Part shown: positions 52,363-64,000 of the stretch, piece by piece
Position numbering within the stretch: the first letter of the stretch is position 1
Layout: each line of letters opens with the position of its first letter
From: Octopus sinensis
Lineage: Eukaryota
Assembly: GCF_006345805.1 (NCBI RefSeq)
Contig: NC_042998.1
Span: 193,440,001 to 193,504,000 of the forward strand
Direction of reading: 5' to 3'
DNA length: 64,000 nt
The notes under the pieces: model-generated
What the model was told of the DNA's origin: nothing
The model's database searches: none
The model's input: only the letters and a program-made list of their open reading frames with translations
Position numbers and translations under genes: made by a program

Positions 52363-52565
52363 AATGGGCACGTATAGTTTTATGGGATTTCATCAGTTGA
52401 AACAGAAGCCATGGTATGTTGCTGCCTTCAAGAATCTTTACTCGTCCCCTTGTGGAATGATGCTGAAATAATAGACAGAGAACACCACTGGAAAATACGA
52501 AAACTAAAAGAAGCAGCACATATGCTAGTACACAACAACCTCCTAAGCAGACCGAGTGCAGATAT

Positions 52566-52609
<44 letters not shown>

Positions 52610-53470
52610 TACATATATGCATATATATATATATATATGATGTGCAGATAAATGATAGAAAATGGTTTAACCAATATTCCATATTTAAAATCACTACAAT
52701 TGTTTCGACACATTTTTACACTTGCACTGCATTGGTGAGATGATATAATTAACATATTGTGTAATCATTATCATATAGGCGCAGGAGTGGCTGTGTGGTA
52801 AGTAGCTTGCTAACACACATGCGCAGTTAGTCAGTTGCTTCATGTTGAGCCAGAGTGGACGTAAGTTTACCAGCTCCGTCCAATTATAGAAAAAAGACCA
52901 AAAACAGAGAGTTGTCGAGGTGAGTGATTTTGCTTATTGTGAGTTGGGCACAATTTATTGCGTGCTAATTATTATTTCAGTAAGTTGTGTCCAACTCTGG
53001 GACAATTTTGCCTGCTCTCGGCGGCTGCTTTGTTTTTGTGTTTATTGGGAAAAAAACAAAAAAAAACAGTGGAGGGGCGTATCCTCGGAACCCAATACAG
53101 TTACTGTTAAAATTACCGTTGGCGGTAGCCAGTGCTGTGTTTGGGTTTGTTGAATTTATTCCCTTGTCAGAGTACTTCGCAAGAAAATTATAAAAATAAG
53201 CCACTTTTGGATTACCTTTCGGACCCATTTTTGTGGAGGTTGTGTTACAGTTGCGGCGTTCCAGGTTCAACTCAGGCCGGGAGTACCGTAAGGCCAGAAG
53301 ATTTTTGCTGTGTTTTTTCTGTTTATTAACTTTCTTTTGAACTTCATTTAACTCCCCCTTTTGTTTTTGTTTTTTTGTTTATTGCGACTTTCCGTTGATT
53401 TCTTCCCTTCTGTTGTGCTTTCTCCTTTTGTTTAATTTGAATATATTTAAAAAAAAAGAACAAAAAAAAC

Positions 53471-54211
53471 ATGGCAATGAAAAATGACAAAATTTTGGAA
53501 TGGGAGATCATACCGCCTAAAAAGTGGTTAAAAGACCGTGAAGATAGGACGGTGGTGTTGAGAACCTACTCCAAGGCACTCGACACTATCGCCCTATTCG
53601 AAAAGACGGCAATTGAGGAGGAGTTGGCAGAGTATTTGCCAACAATTAAATTCATTTCCAGGGGTGTCAAATATGCAACGGTGTGGTTGCTATTTGACAC
53701 CCCTGAAGAGGCTTGCAAATTTGCTAGCAAACCCCTGGAGGGTAAGGAAATTTTATTCCTGCCCACGTACCAAAAAAAGAGACTGACGAAAGCTTGGATT
53801 TGCGGGCTGCCACTCGGGATAGAACCCGAGTGGATAGAGGAGACTATCCGCCGGGGTCTGGGTAGCAGCGAAACTAAGCTCCTTAATGTAAAAGTTCTTC
53901 CTGCGGCTGCTTGGTTTGGGTCAAAAGCAATTTTGACCCTTTGGACCCAATCAGCCAATCTGGTTCTTCCAGATTTTTTGATAATGGCCGGGTGCAGGTA
54001 CCCGGTGATGCTTGAGGGTCGCCCCCCTAAGTGTCATCGGTGCTTGGAGTCCGGCCATATAAAGAAGAACTGTCCCCGGGAACAAAATAGGATTCCGGAA
54101 CAGTTAAGTGAAACCCCTGTAGAAGAAGGAAGCCGAGGAAGCAGAGGACTCCTCAAACAGAGGCCGAAAGAGGAAGGTGAGCAACAATGGGTGCTCACCA
54201 AAGGATACTAG
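53471..54211 (+). CDS. LINE ORF1-like nucleic-acid-binding protein, N-terminal part (RRM-like region + CCHC zinc knuckle)
   Basis: 246-aa open frame with CHRCLESGHIKKNC (CX2CX4HX4C) preceded by YPVMLEGRPPK, typical of L1/Tx1-type ORF1p. Confidence 0.8.
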   Translation: MAMKNDKILEWEIIPPKKWLKDREDRTVVLRTYSKALDTIALFEKTAIEEELAEYLPTIKFISRGVKYATVWLLFDTPEEACKFASKPLEGKEILFLPTYQKKRLTKAWICGLPLGIEPEWIEETIRRGLGSSETKLLNVKVLPAAAWFGSKAILTLWTQSANLVLPDFLIMAGCRYPVMLEGRPPKCHRCLESGHIKKNCPREQNRIPEQLSETPVEEGSRGSRGLLKQRPKEEGEQQWVLTKGY

Positions 54212-54740
54212 GGATGAGGAGGGAAAGGCGAATCTTCCGGCCACGGAGGAGACGCACCCTCCCTCAGTTGAAAAGAAAAAAAAGAAAAAGAGGAAGAGAA
54301 ACGGGACATTACCGGCTGTCGGTGACATAGCACCGGAATGTCCCGGAACTACGTCGGTTGGGGTTGTGCCACCGACAGGAGAAGAAATACCGTTGGCGGG
54401 AACTGTGCCGCCAACGAAAGAATTGAATATCTCGCTCCCGAACAAAAACGAAGTATTGATCCTCTTCTATAGAGGCGGAGAGATTGAAAAGGTGATGGAA
54501 AAGCACCACAAGGGAGCACCTTTAGCCTTCACACAGGACCCCGAATGGCCTCTGCAGGTAGCTGTGGAGGCCGTGGCGTTCGACGTGACGCTTGGGCTGA
54601 AGGAGCTCAATGAGGATTATAGCTTGGTCCCGGGCAACGCTAACTCGGAACTCGATTACGTTCTGAGGGAGGCGTGGTGGATGGTGGAGGGCGCGGACAC
54701 AAGTTATTTCGAGGACGAGTCAAATTGTGATACGACTTGA
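54177..54740 (+). CDS. Probable continuation of the same ORF1 after a one-base frameshift (basic linker + C-terminal domain)
   Basis: 187-aa frame overlapping the end of the previous ORF by 35 nt; KKKKKKRKR NLS-like stretch. Confidence 0.6.
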   Translation: MSNNGCSPKDTRDEEGKANLPATEETHPPSVEKKKKKKRKRNGTLPAVGDIAPECPGTTSVGVVPPTGEEIPLAGTVPPTKELNISLPNKNEVLILFYRGGEIEKVMEKHHKGAPLAFTQDPEWPLQVAVEAVAFDVTLGLKELNEDYSLVPGNANSELDYVLREAWWMVEGADTSYFEDESNCDTT

Positions 54741-55228
54741 GGGGCCCCGACCTAGAGCTGGCGCATTCCTAAGGGAAGTATAAGCCAGGTCTGGGAGGAG
54801 GGGCTTTGTGTATTGTATTTATATATGCAATTATTGAACTATGTTGTTATTAGTAATGGACTGCTAAGTCCAAAAATTGAAAAAATTGTAAGAGGTTTAA
54901 TACCTCGTTTTGTGTTTGTTTTTAAAAGAACAATGTTTTAGAGAAGCAGAAGTCGGCGGGCGCTTTTTGTCTTCTCCCATCCCCATCATCTTTCTTTCAT
55001 TATCATTCACTTCATTAATGTCCTCGTCCAGTTCGCAAAGCTAACTTACTCTACGTCCTGCCTTTATGGCAAATGTTATGAAATAAAGTAGCTTGCTAAC
55101 CAACCACATGGTTCCGGGTTCAGTCCCACTGCGTGGCATCTTGGGCAAGTGTCTACTGCTATAGCCCCGGGCTGTCCAATGCCTTGTGAGTGGATTTGGT
55201 AGACGGAAACTGAAAGAAGCCTGTCGTA

Positions 55229-55320
<92 letters not shown>

Positions 55321-55887
55321 TCCCCCTAGCATTGCTTGACAACCGATGCTGGTGTGTTTACGTCCCCGTCACTTAGCGGTTCGGCAAAAGAGACCGATAG
55401 AATAATTACTGGGCTTACAAAGAATAAGTCCCGGGGTCGATTTTCTCGACTAAAGGTGGTGCTCCAGCATGGCCGCAGTCAAATGACTGAAACAAGTAAA
55501 AGAGTAAAAGAGTATCCATCGAAGGTGCAAGAAGCATTTCTTTGGTCCTGTATTTTGCATTTTGATTGTAATTGTATTTTGTCTGTTACTATATCTATCG
55601 CTTAAGTTTTGACTTCAAATTGCTGCAAATAGCAGTATCCATCCTCACACTGAGTGAAACAACTGTATGATCTAACGGAGGACTTATTTAAAACAATCAT
55701 CAGGAGAAATGCATCTTGTACACTTCAAGGGCGATAGTGATTACACAATATGTTAATATATATTCTCACCAATGTACTACGAATGTAGATATGTGCTGAA
55801 ACAACTGTAGTGATTTTAAAAGAAGAATGTCAATCCATTCATTTTCTATTATCTATTTATATAAACTTTACAGATACTATTGAATTC

Positions 55888-56466
<579 letters not shown>

Positions 56467-57977
56467 TATACACACACGTGTATATTAGTGTGTGTAGATG
56501 TGTGTGAATAAATATAGGAGTATGTATGATCGAATTTATAAATGCAGGTAAATAAATATTCCCGTATGAACAATATAGACATTGAACAAACAGCTAATAA
56601 CCAGCACGCAAGACCGCGCACACGCACATGCACATATATACACACTCATATTGTGAGTTATGCTCTAATAATAGTGGCGGAAAAGCCAACGATCTGTGAA
56701 TTTTTCACTGAATTAAATTTTAGCTTCCACTCCAGTTACTGTGTCTGTAATAGTTTTATTTTTATCATAATAAACAAAGGAAACAATTTTTTATTATCTT
56801 AAATATTGAGTAGTTTCCATATTTATTACATTTTCTTATTCGATTTTTTTGCTTTTTTAATTTTTAACGCACATGGAAGATTTCAATTTAAAGAAAGTGA
56901 CGAATGGAGCGGAAATGACAGACTAGGTAAGGAGTAGTAGAAAGGTAAAGCCTGGGAGCCGCAAGACCTAATTCGGAGTTTTCAAAAAGGCGAAGAGTGC
57001 CAGCAAAAAAATTCCCCGAAAACAGTAAGACGTAATTCGCAGTTTTCAGATTTGTAACAAGCAATTACAAGTCAAACAATAAAAAAAATTCTTGATCACA
57101 GGGAAATTTTTAGCCTTCAAACTACGAGAATAAAACGAAGATAATCAAACATAACAATCCACACAAATTGGAGAGAAGTGCTATAAAACCCTCGGCATAA
57201 AACAAAGAAAGAAAAACAGAAGCAAGGCTCGAGGTAGAAAATTACGACTGAAGGAAGCTCGGAAAGATACAAAAAAATACAAAGGTAAATCCCTCGAGAT
57301 AGATAGAAGTTTTTTACTCAAAAAATTACAAAGAAAAGTATATTAGCAGGAAGGCTCAACACCATATCTTTCTTGAAGAAGTTTATTCTTTGTCTGCCAA
57401 GAATTTATATCAGGGTTTGTGCCACATGGTAAATTTAATAACTGCATACAGCATGGACCTTTAAGTTATCAAATAGGTGCACCTTTTTTTGGCTTGTTTT
57501 AAAGGAATATTTTTTATCACTACAAGATTACAATTTTGGGCAGAAGATATCTCAAATGCCATTTAACTGGTATTTTTTCCATCGACCCTTGAAGCGAGAA
57601 CGTCAAGCGAACTTCGGCAAGATTTGACCTAAGATCGGAAAAACTTGTACCTACTCCCACCACATACACACACAATGTATTTACAGCCACAATGTATTTT
57701 GTCTAAAGCAATTATTGTCTTTGCCAATCCATCTCCACCTTTTGGTTAATGAAACTGAAAGGAAAGCAATTTTGAACACAATCAAATAAGCTAAAAATGT
57801 TCAAGAAAACTGGAAGAAGTGTCACAAGATCATTGCGTTAATTTCTGAAAATAAGACAAATGAAATAATGTAACTGAATTGATTGCCTTAAGAAAACGTA
57901 TTGCAGGAAAGGATAAAAGTTAATCGACAGTGTAGTGTTCGAATGGTTTGAGAAACTTTTTTAAAAATATATATATA

Positions 57978-58389
57978 CAGCAGGAGTGGCTGTGTGGTAA
58001 GTAGCTTGCCTATCAACCACATGGTTCTGGGTTCAGTCCCACTGCGTGGCATCTTGGGCAAGTGTCTTCTGCTATAGCCTCGGGCCGACCAATGCCTTGT
58101 GAGTGGATTTAGTAGACGGAAACTGAAAGAAGCCCGTCGTATATATGTATATATATATATATATGTGTGTGCGTGTTTGTGTGTCTGTGTCTGTCCCCCT
58201 AGCATTGCTTGACAACCGATGCTGGTGTGTTTATGTCCCCGTAACTTAGCGGTTCGGCAAAAAGAGACCGAGAGAATAAGTACTGGGCTTACAAAGAATA
58301 AGTCCCGGGGTCGATTTGCACGACTAAAGGCGGTGCTCCAGCATGGCCGCAGTCAAATGACTGAAACAAGTAAAAGAGTAAAAGAGTAT
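57978..58389 (+). mobile_element. OR2-like SINE, full length (uninterrupted reference for the E1/E2 site)
   Basis: gtggt-aagtagcttgcctatcaaccacatgg is intact. Confidence 0.9.
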
Positions 58390-58665
58390 ACTAGCAAGAT
58401 TGAATGAATTTACTCGAGATTAATATTTCATGAAGAGAAAATACTGAGACAAATATATCTGCAAGCTGGATTAGGAAAGAGAGTAATCATACCGAAAGAT
58501 AAAGATTTACTTTGCTATTAACCAGAATATTATTTAAATCGAAGAGATATCAAGTTTGCCTACTACAGCAATTTATAGTATTAGCTGCTGGGGTAGTTGT
58601 TGTTTTGCCTCAGAACAGGTAAAACAACAGCAATAAGTTTGTTAGTATATTTAATATATAGCATA

Positions 58666-59047
58666 CTAGCAGTATCGCCCGGCGTTGCTCGGGTTTGTAA
58701 GGAAAATAACTATATAAGCATTTATAGAGAGTTACTTCCCTTATATAAACCGAGCGAAAATGCATTAAAAATGCGGAAAAATTATGGTAAATTTTTTTTA
58801 AATCGTAGACGCGAGTTACTTCCCTTATATAATAGCAAAAAAATGCATTAAAAATGGGAAAAAGTGATGGTATTTTTTTTTTTAATCGTAGACTCATCGG
58901 AGACGCGCGCTAATACCCAGAAGGGCTCGATATGAATCCCGACTATAAGATACCCGCTTTTGGTTAAACTGCACTGCAAAATGTGGGAGTAGTTAGGAAT
59001 CTAAATCGTAGGAGACAGACACACAACCTTACTTTTATATATAAAGA
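58666..59047 (-). mobile_element. Non-autonomous Helitron
   Basis: On the minus strand: A|TC ... hairpin ... CTAG|T. Confidence 0.85.
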
Positions 59048-60132
59048 TTATGCAGTTAACCAGAAATAAATATGTCTTAAATTGTCGCCCATTGTTTCAA
59101 GAAAGACGAAATAACCTGTCTTTCAAACTTTTTGTCGTTTCTCACGATGTGTTTGTATGTGTACGTTCTTCGTGTGTCCCTCTCTGTATTCCTCTCGGTA
59201 TATAAGTATTCTGCTCAATTATCTATTTTAATCTTTACATAATGTGCATGTTGTATGTGTGTGAAGTAAGAGGAAAGGGAGAATGCGCAAGAGTTGGAGT
59301 GTATGCTGCTTTCTGTCAGTACTTTTTGTGTGTGTTCTTCCGTTGGTGTGTGGTTTCACGTGTTCTCTACGCCTTTGTTCGCTTACTTAATATCTCTGTT
59401 TATTTGTCTGTGTGTTATTTCGTGTGTGTACGTACGTGATCACGTTTATAAGTGTATGTATGTATGTGTCTGTGTGTGTGTGTGTGTGTGTTTGTAATTT
59501 TATAAATTGTGATTGCATGTGTAGGTCAATAGGTGCTTACACATATTTCTCCTTCTAAAACCAATTGATCCTTAAACATCGATCTCTCTACAGAGTATCG
59601 AAAAGATCAATAAATCCAGGAGATTTCTTCATCAAAGATGTCCTTGTCATTGGAACCTGACCGTCAGTCAACTGGAATTAAATGAGATCCTACTCTCACA
59701 TCTGTACAATTTTCTCATAGATGCTGAAATATCGTAACAGAATATCAAATATAATTTTTTTTTTTTTTTGTTATTTCTTCCAAAAATAAACAAAATCAAG
59801 AACTTAATGTAATTTTTGCATAAACTGTCAATCAAATGAATTAGCTTCCTTTTAATTATAAAATAAATGTTTTATCGATTTCTCTTCATCAAATTACTGC
59901 TATTCTTTCCCAAACTGCAGGATTCCTCTCTTCTTGACGAAAACAACAATAACAAGAACAACACTACTTCTTTTACATCCTGTTTCTTCCCCGTATTCAA
60001 TCTCACTCTTTCTTTAACCACTTCGGCTATACAAGATTGTATCGTGTGTTTAGAGGTTATCTACGACTGCTCAGCCTTATCTGTTCATGTGTGTGTGTGT
60101 ATGTGCGCGTCTGTATGCATGTTATATATATA

Positions 60133-60184
<52 letters not shown>

Positions 60185-60220
60185 AATGCATGAATGCATA
60201 TATATACATATACATACATA

Positions 60221-60289
<69 letters not shown>

Positions 60290-61223
60290 CGTGCATGTGT
60301 GTGTATACATATGTGTATGTACAAGTGCGCATCTCCTTTGTATCAGTGAATCTGAATTCTTCCATCCTGTCTAATTTCTTTTACATAGACATCTGTCATT
60401 AATCTAATTAAAATCTTAATTAGTTATAAAGCTCTGTCAGTAAACAAATACTTCATTTAGATGAATTAAGATGTGCCTTGTCAAATAAATGTGTGTCTAT
60501 TTTCCGCATACATATGTGTATATGTGTGTGCGCACGCTCGCGTGTGTGTATTTATATTTGTGCGGATATGTATGCCCGCATACATATTTGTATGTGTATG
60601 TGTGCGTGTATTTTGCGAAATGAAGCTGATCAAATGCAAATAAAACTATAAATAATGGATATTTGCTAAAAAAAATACCCCTTGGCTAGAAGAAAAGCGG
60701 ACAGCCATTCACAGGACTTGAACTAGGCAACTCACTATTATACCAAAGCGAAATACCGACGTGTAACCACCCGAAAAAGAGTTTTTCAACTTCCAAGTAA
60801 GAAAAGGAGTGTGTTGAAAATTTAGATCGTAATATATAAGCATCGGTACTACAAAAGCAAGTCTCTTACAAAATTGATGCAATGTAAATGTAGCTCTAAA
60901 TAAATATTTCATAATGCATTGAAAACAACAAAGCAAAACATTTCTTTGGGTTACGGTTGATACATGTTTGAGATCCCGTGAATGGCTACACATCGTTTTG
61001 TTTTCCCCTTTTGTTCAAAGGGTATTTATACCCGATCTATTGGGAGCTATTATATAAGGGTTTAAGCAACTTCGGAAAAGCGATTTGATTTCATATATAT
61101 CGTTTTTCTACATTTCTATATATCAATGTGTACATGTGTTTATGTGTGTGGTGTGTGACTAGATATATATGTGTGGGTGTATGTGTGACTAGATATATAT
61201 GTGTGGGTGTATGTGTGTCTAGA

Positions 61224-61254
<31 letters not shown>

Positions 61255-61479
61255 TGTGTGTGTGTGTGTATGAATGGATGGATAAGACCGTAAGTGAGAG
61301 AAAGGGTAAGGAAGAGTGAGATTTTTATTCTTTTATTATTTTACTGGTTTCGGGCATTGCAGCACCGTCTCAAAGGGTTTAGTCAACTAAATCGGCTCAA
61401 TTATTTATTGTTAGTTTGATACATATTGTATCAATATCTTTTTGATGAACCGGTAATTTACGGGAAGGTAAGCAAAGCA

Positions 61480-62345
61480 CATGTATGTGTGTGTGCGTGT
61501 CTGTCTGTCTGTGCGTGTCTACATGCATGTATGTGTGTATGTATGTATATATGTATGTATGGATGTATGCATGCATGCATGCATGTATGTATGTATGTAT
61601 TTATGTATGTATGTATGTATTAATGTATGTATGTATGTATTAATGTATGTATGTATGAATGTATGTATGTATGCATGTATGTATGTATGTATGTATGCAT
61701 GTATGTATGTATGTATGCATGTATGTATGTATGTATGTATGTATGCATGCATGCATGTATGTATGTATGTATTTATGTATGTATGTATGTATTAATGTAT
61801 GTATGTATGTATTATGTATGTATGTATGATGTATGTATTATGCATGTATGTATGTATGTATGTATGTGTATGTATGTATGCATGTATGTATGTATGTATG
61901 TATGTATGTATGTATGTATGTATGTATGTATGTATGTATGAATGTATGTATGTATGTATGTATGTATGTATTAATGTATGTATGTATTTATGTATGTATG
62001 TATGTATGCATGCATGCATGTATGTATGTATGTATGTATGTATGTATGCATGTATGCATGCATGTATGTATGTATGTATGTATGTATGTATGCATGCATG
62101 CATGTATGTATGTATGTATGTATGTATTTATGTATGTATGTATGTATGCAGGTTTGTATGTATGTATGTATTAATGTATGTATGTATGTATGTATGTATT
62201 TATGTATGTATGTATGTATGTATGTATGTATGTATGTATGTATGTATGTATGTATGTATGTATGTATGTATGTATGTATGCAGGTTTGTATGTATGTATG
62301 TATGTATTAATGTATGTATGTATGTATGTATGTATGTATGTATGT
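61480..62345. repeat. (GTAT)n microsatellite, ~860 bp
   Basis: Direct reading. Confidence 0.95.
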
Positions 62346-62557
62346 TCGCATACATATTGGTTTAGTAAAACAAACATGTGAGTTAGAACTCATTACATGA
62401 GTATATACTTTTAATTACTTTTAATCGGCAAAAAGTTATAAAAATGATTCAAGACATGAGAGCGTCGGCCATTACATCTATTACGCCATCCATTACGTCG
62501 GCCATAGTGTCAATTTTGCAACTGTCAGCCAGTTACAATTTTACAAAATCCTATATG

Positions 62558-62596
<39 letters not shown>

Positions 62597-62612
62597 CAAA
62601 ACATTCAAACAC

Positions 62613-63422
62613 TGAGATTTGGATCAATAAGTACCGTGACTGTTGCCATAGTAACGAAGCTAGACAACACAGAGTGAAGCCGCTTGGGAAAGATTGATCT
62701 TGAACTTTGCTGTGCATGCGCACTAAGGGATAACGTTCTACTTCACTTCCGCAGCTTACAGCAGTGCTTGGAAGAGAGGTGTGTAGCGTGTGATCGTCGC
62801 ATTGACCATGACAAAGAAAGTTATCATGGCGATAACTGCTCAGAGGATTACGCAAAGTTGCAGAAAATGCATGGCGAGGAGTGTACGAGCTGGATATAAG
62901 TGTCCGAGTAGGTCAGAGGCTTCCAGGATGACCTAAAAAATGTCGATATTGGCGAATGCTCTGTGAGACCTGCAACGATCAGAACTGAGGAAAACACTGC
63001 AGATGTGTGGAAAGCTGTGAGGGGGAAATCGTCGAATCACCATCCGTGAGTTATCAGAAGATGTGCAGATTATTTACGGTTCTGTTCAGTCCATTATCAC
63101 TGAAGATTTGGGTATGAAACGCCAAGTTTGTGCCAAAACTGCTTTCAGCTGACCAAAATGACACTCGGGTTTCAGTTGCACAAGATTTCCTTGATTGTGT
63201 CGAGAACTATGAACACTTTTTGAAAACTTTGCGTAGGCCTGAGCAGGTATCGCCAAACTTTTAGCAAAATTTGATGCAGATTCTCAACTCAGCTTTCCCT
63301 GTCATGGTCAATGCGACGATCCCACGTTACATGCCTTCCTTTCAACCACTACTGTAAACAGCAGAAGTGAGCTAGAACGTTAAAACTTAGTGCGCATGTA
63401 CAGCAGAGTTCAAGGTCAATCT
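62613..63422 (+). mobile_element. Mariner relic whose 3' part is replaced by an inverted copy of its 5' end
   Basis: Transposase remnant RRITIRELSEDVQIIYGSVQSIITEDLGMKR; 62691-62859 is inverted-repeated at 63225-63422, including the start of the ORF. Confidence 0.8.
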
Positions 63423-63594
63423 GTTATACAATCGGATTGTTAGCTAATACTCTACTGCATTCTTTATGCGAAACCGATTGGTACGACCAGCGTAGTTGGA
63501 TATTTAATACTATACATTTCGGATAGTATACCAACTCGACTGATAGATACACGAGTGCCTCTTTTCCTTGACTTATAGTCTCTTAGATAACTAT

Positions 63595-63860
63595 CATAAA
63601 ATAAAATACAAAACAAGACAAGAACGCAAAACATCCGAACAACTAAGTGATACAAAAGGGGACAACAAAACATCCAGATAGACGATACAAAAAAAACACG
63701 GACGGGTCATTCGAAGCCTTTTATCTTCAGTCAAGAACCAGATGATCCTCGCAATTTCGGCCGACTGATCTTGAGATTGCTCCAATCTGGCCAGCCCCAA
63801 GGAAAAACTAAGCTAAGAGCATTAGATTCCTTGGAAAAAATCAACGAATGTATACGAAAG
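63595..63860 (-). mobile_element. Penelope-like terminal-repeat fragment
   Basis: ggtcattcgaagccttttatcttcagtcaagaacc, the reverse of the 10205 family motif. Confidence 0.45.
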
Positions 63861-63893
<33 letters not shown>

Positions 63894-63915
63894 TGTATGT
63901 ATGTATGTATGTATG

Positions 63916-63967
<52 letters not shown>

Positions 63968-64000
63968 GGAGTAAACACATAAATGTGAAACAAGGTGGAA

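Larger units (their letters stand above)
52815..55085 (+). mobile_element. Apparently full-length ORF1-only non-LTR retroelement (E1, HAL1-like)
   Basis: ~650-nt 5' UTR, ORF1-like coding region 53471-54740, 345-nt 3' UTR with hairpin 54941-54976, ends ctttatggcaaatgttatgaaata, flanked by TSD; no EN or RT. Confidence 0.85.
52777..55514 (+). mobile_element. OR2-like SINE split by a 2271-bp insertion (head 52777-52814, remainder 55086-55514)
   Basis: 15-bp TSD aagtagcttgctaac at 52800-52814 and 55086-55100; removing the insert restores a standard SINE. Confidence 0.92.

Noticed and set aside
52831-52862. Inr (TCAGTT) + DPE-like (GGACG) internal promoter of E1
   Set aside because: Plausible for a LINE 5' end, but the spacing is a few bases shorter than the canonical +28, so not called.

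Overview
AT-rich, repeat-dominated eukaryotic window with one 100-N scaffold gap (11033-11132). I can support no host protein-coding gene, tRNA, rRNA or CRISPR array. Almost all ORFs in the supplied track are translated microsatellites. The repeat families resemble those I recall from octopus genomes, so an Octopus-like cephalopod origin is an inference; family names (OR1-like, OR2-like) are from memory and not database-checked. Contents: (i) four tRNA-derived SINE families in many copies; (ii) five non-autonomous Helitrons (TC...CTAG with a 3' hairpin); (iii) two mariner relics and two MITE-like units; (iv) the 3' end of a Tx1/L1-type LINE sitting in a (GATA)n tract, whose last 40 nt match the tail of one SINE family; (v) a HERO/R2-like relic; (vi) Penelope-like fragments with hammerhead ribozyme motifs, often inside inverted repeats; (vii) large micro- and minisatellites; (viii) a 2-kb probable false duplication across the gap. 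Main finding: two highly diverged ORF1-only (RRM-like + CCHC knuckle, no endonuclease or RT) retroelements, at 52815-55085 and 43581-44959. They share a 24-nt 3' terminus and both join the tRNA-derived head of the OR2-like SINE at the same nucleotide; the first has a perfect 15-bp TSD. This suggests a site-specific, 'half-LINE' non-autonomous system targeting a SINE head (or tRNA-like sequence). A parallel fixed-site nesting is seen for the SINE family that carries the Tx1-like tail.
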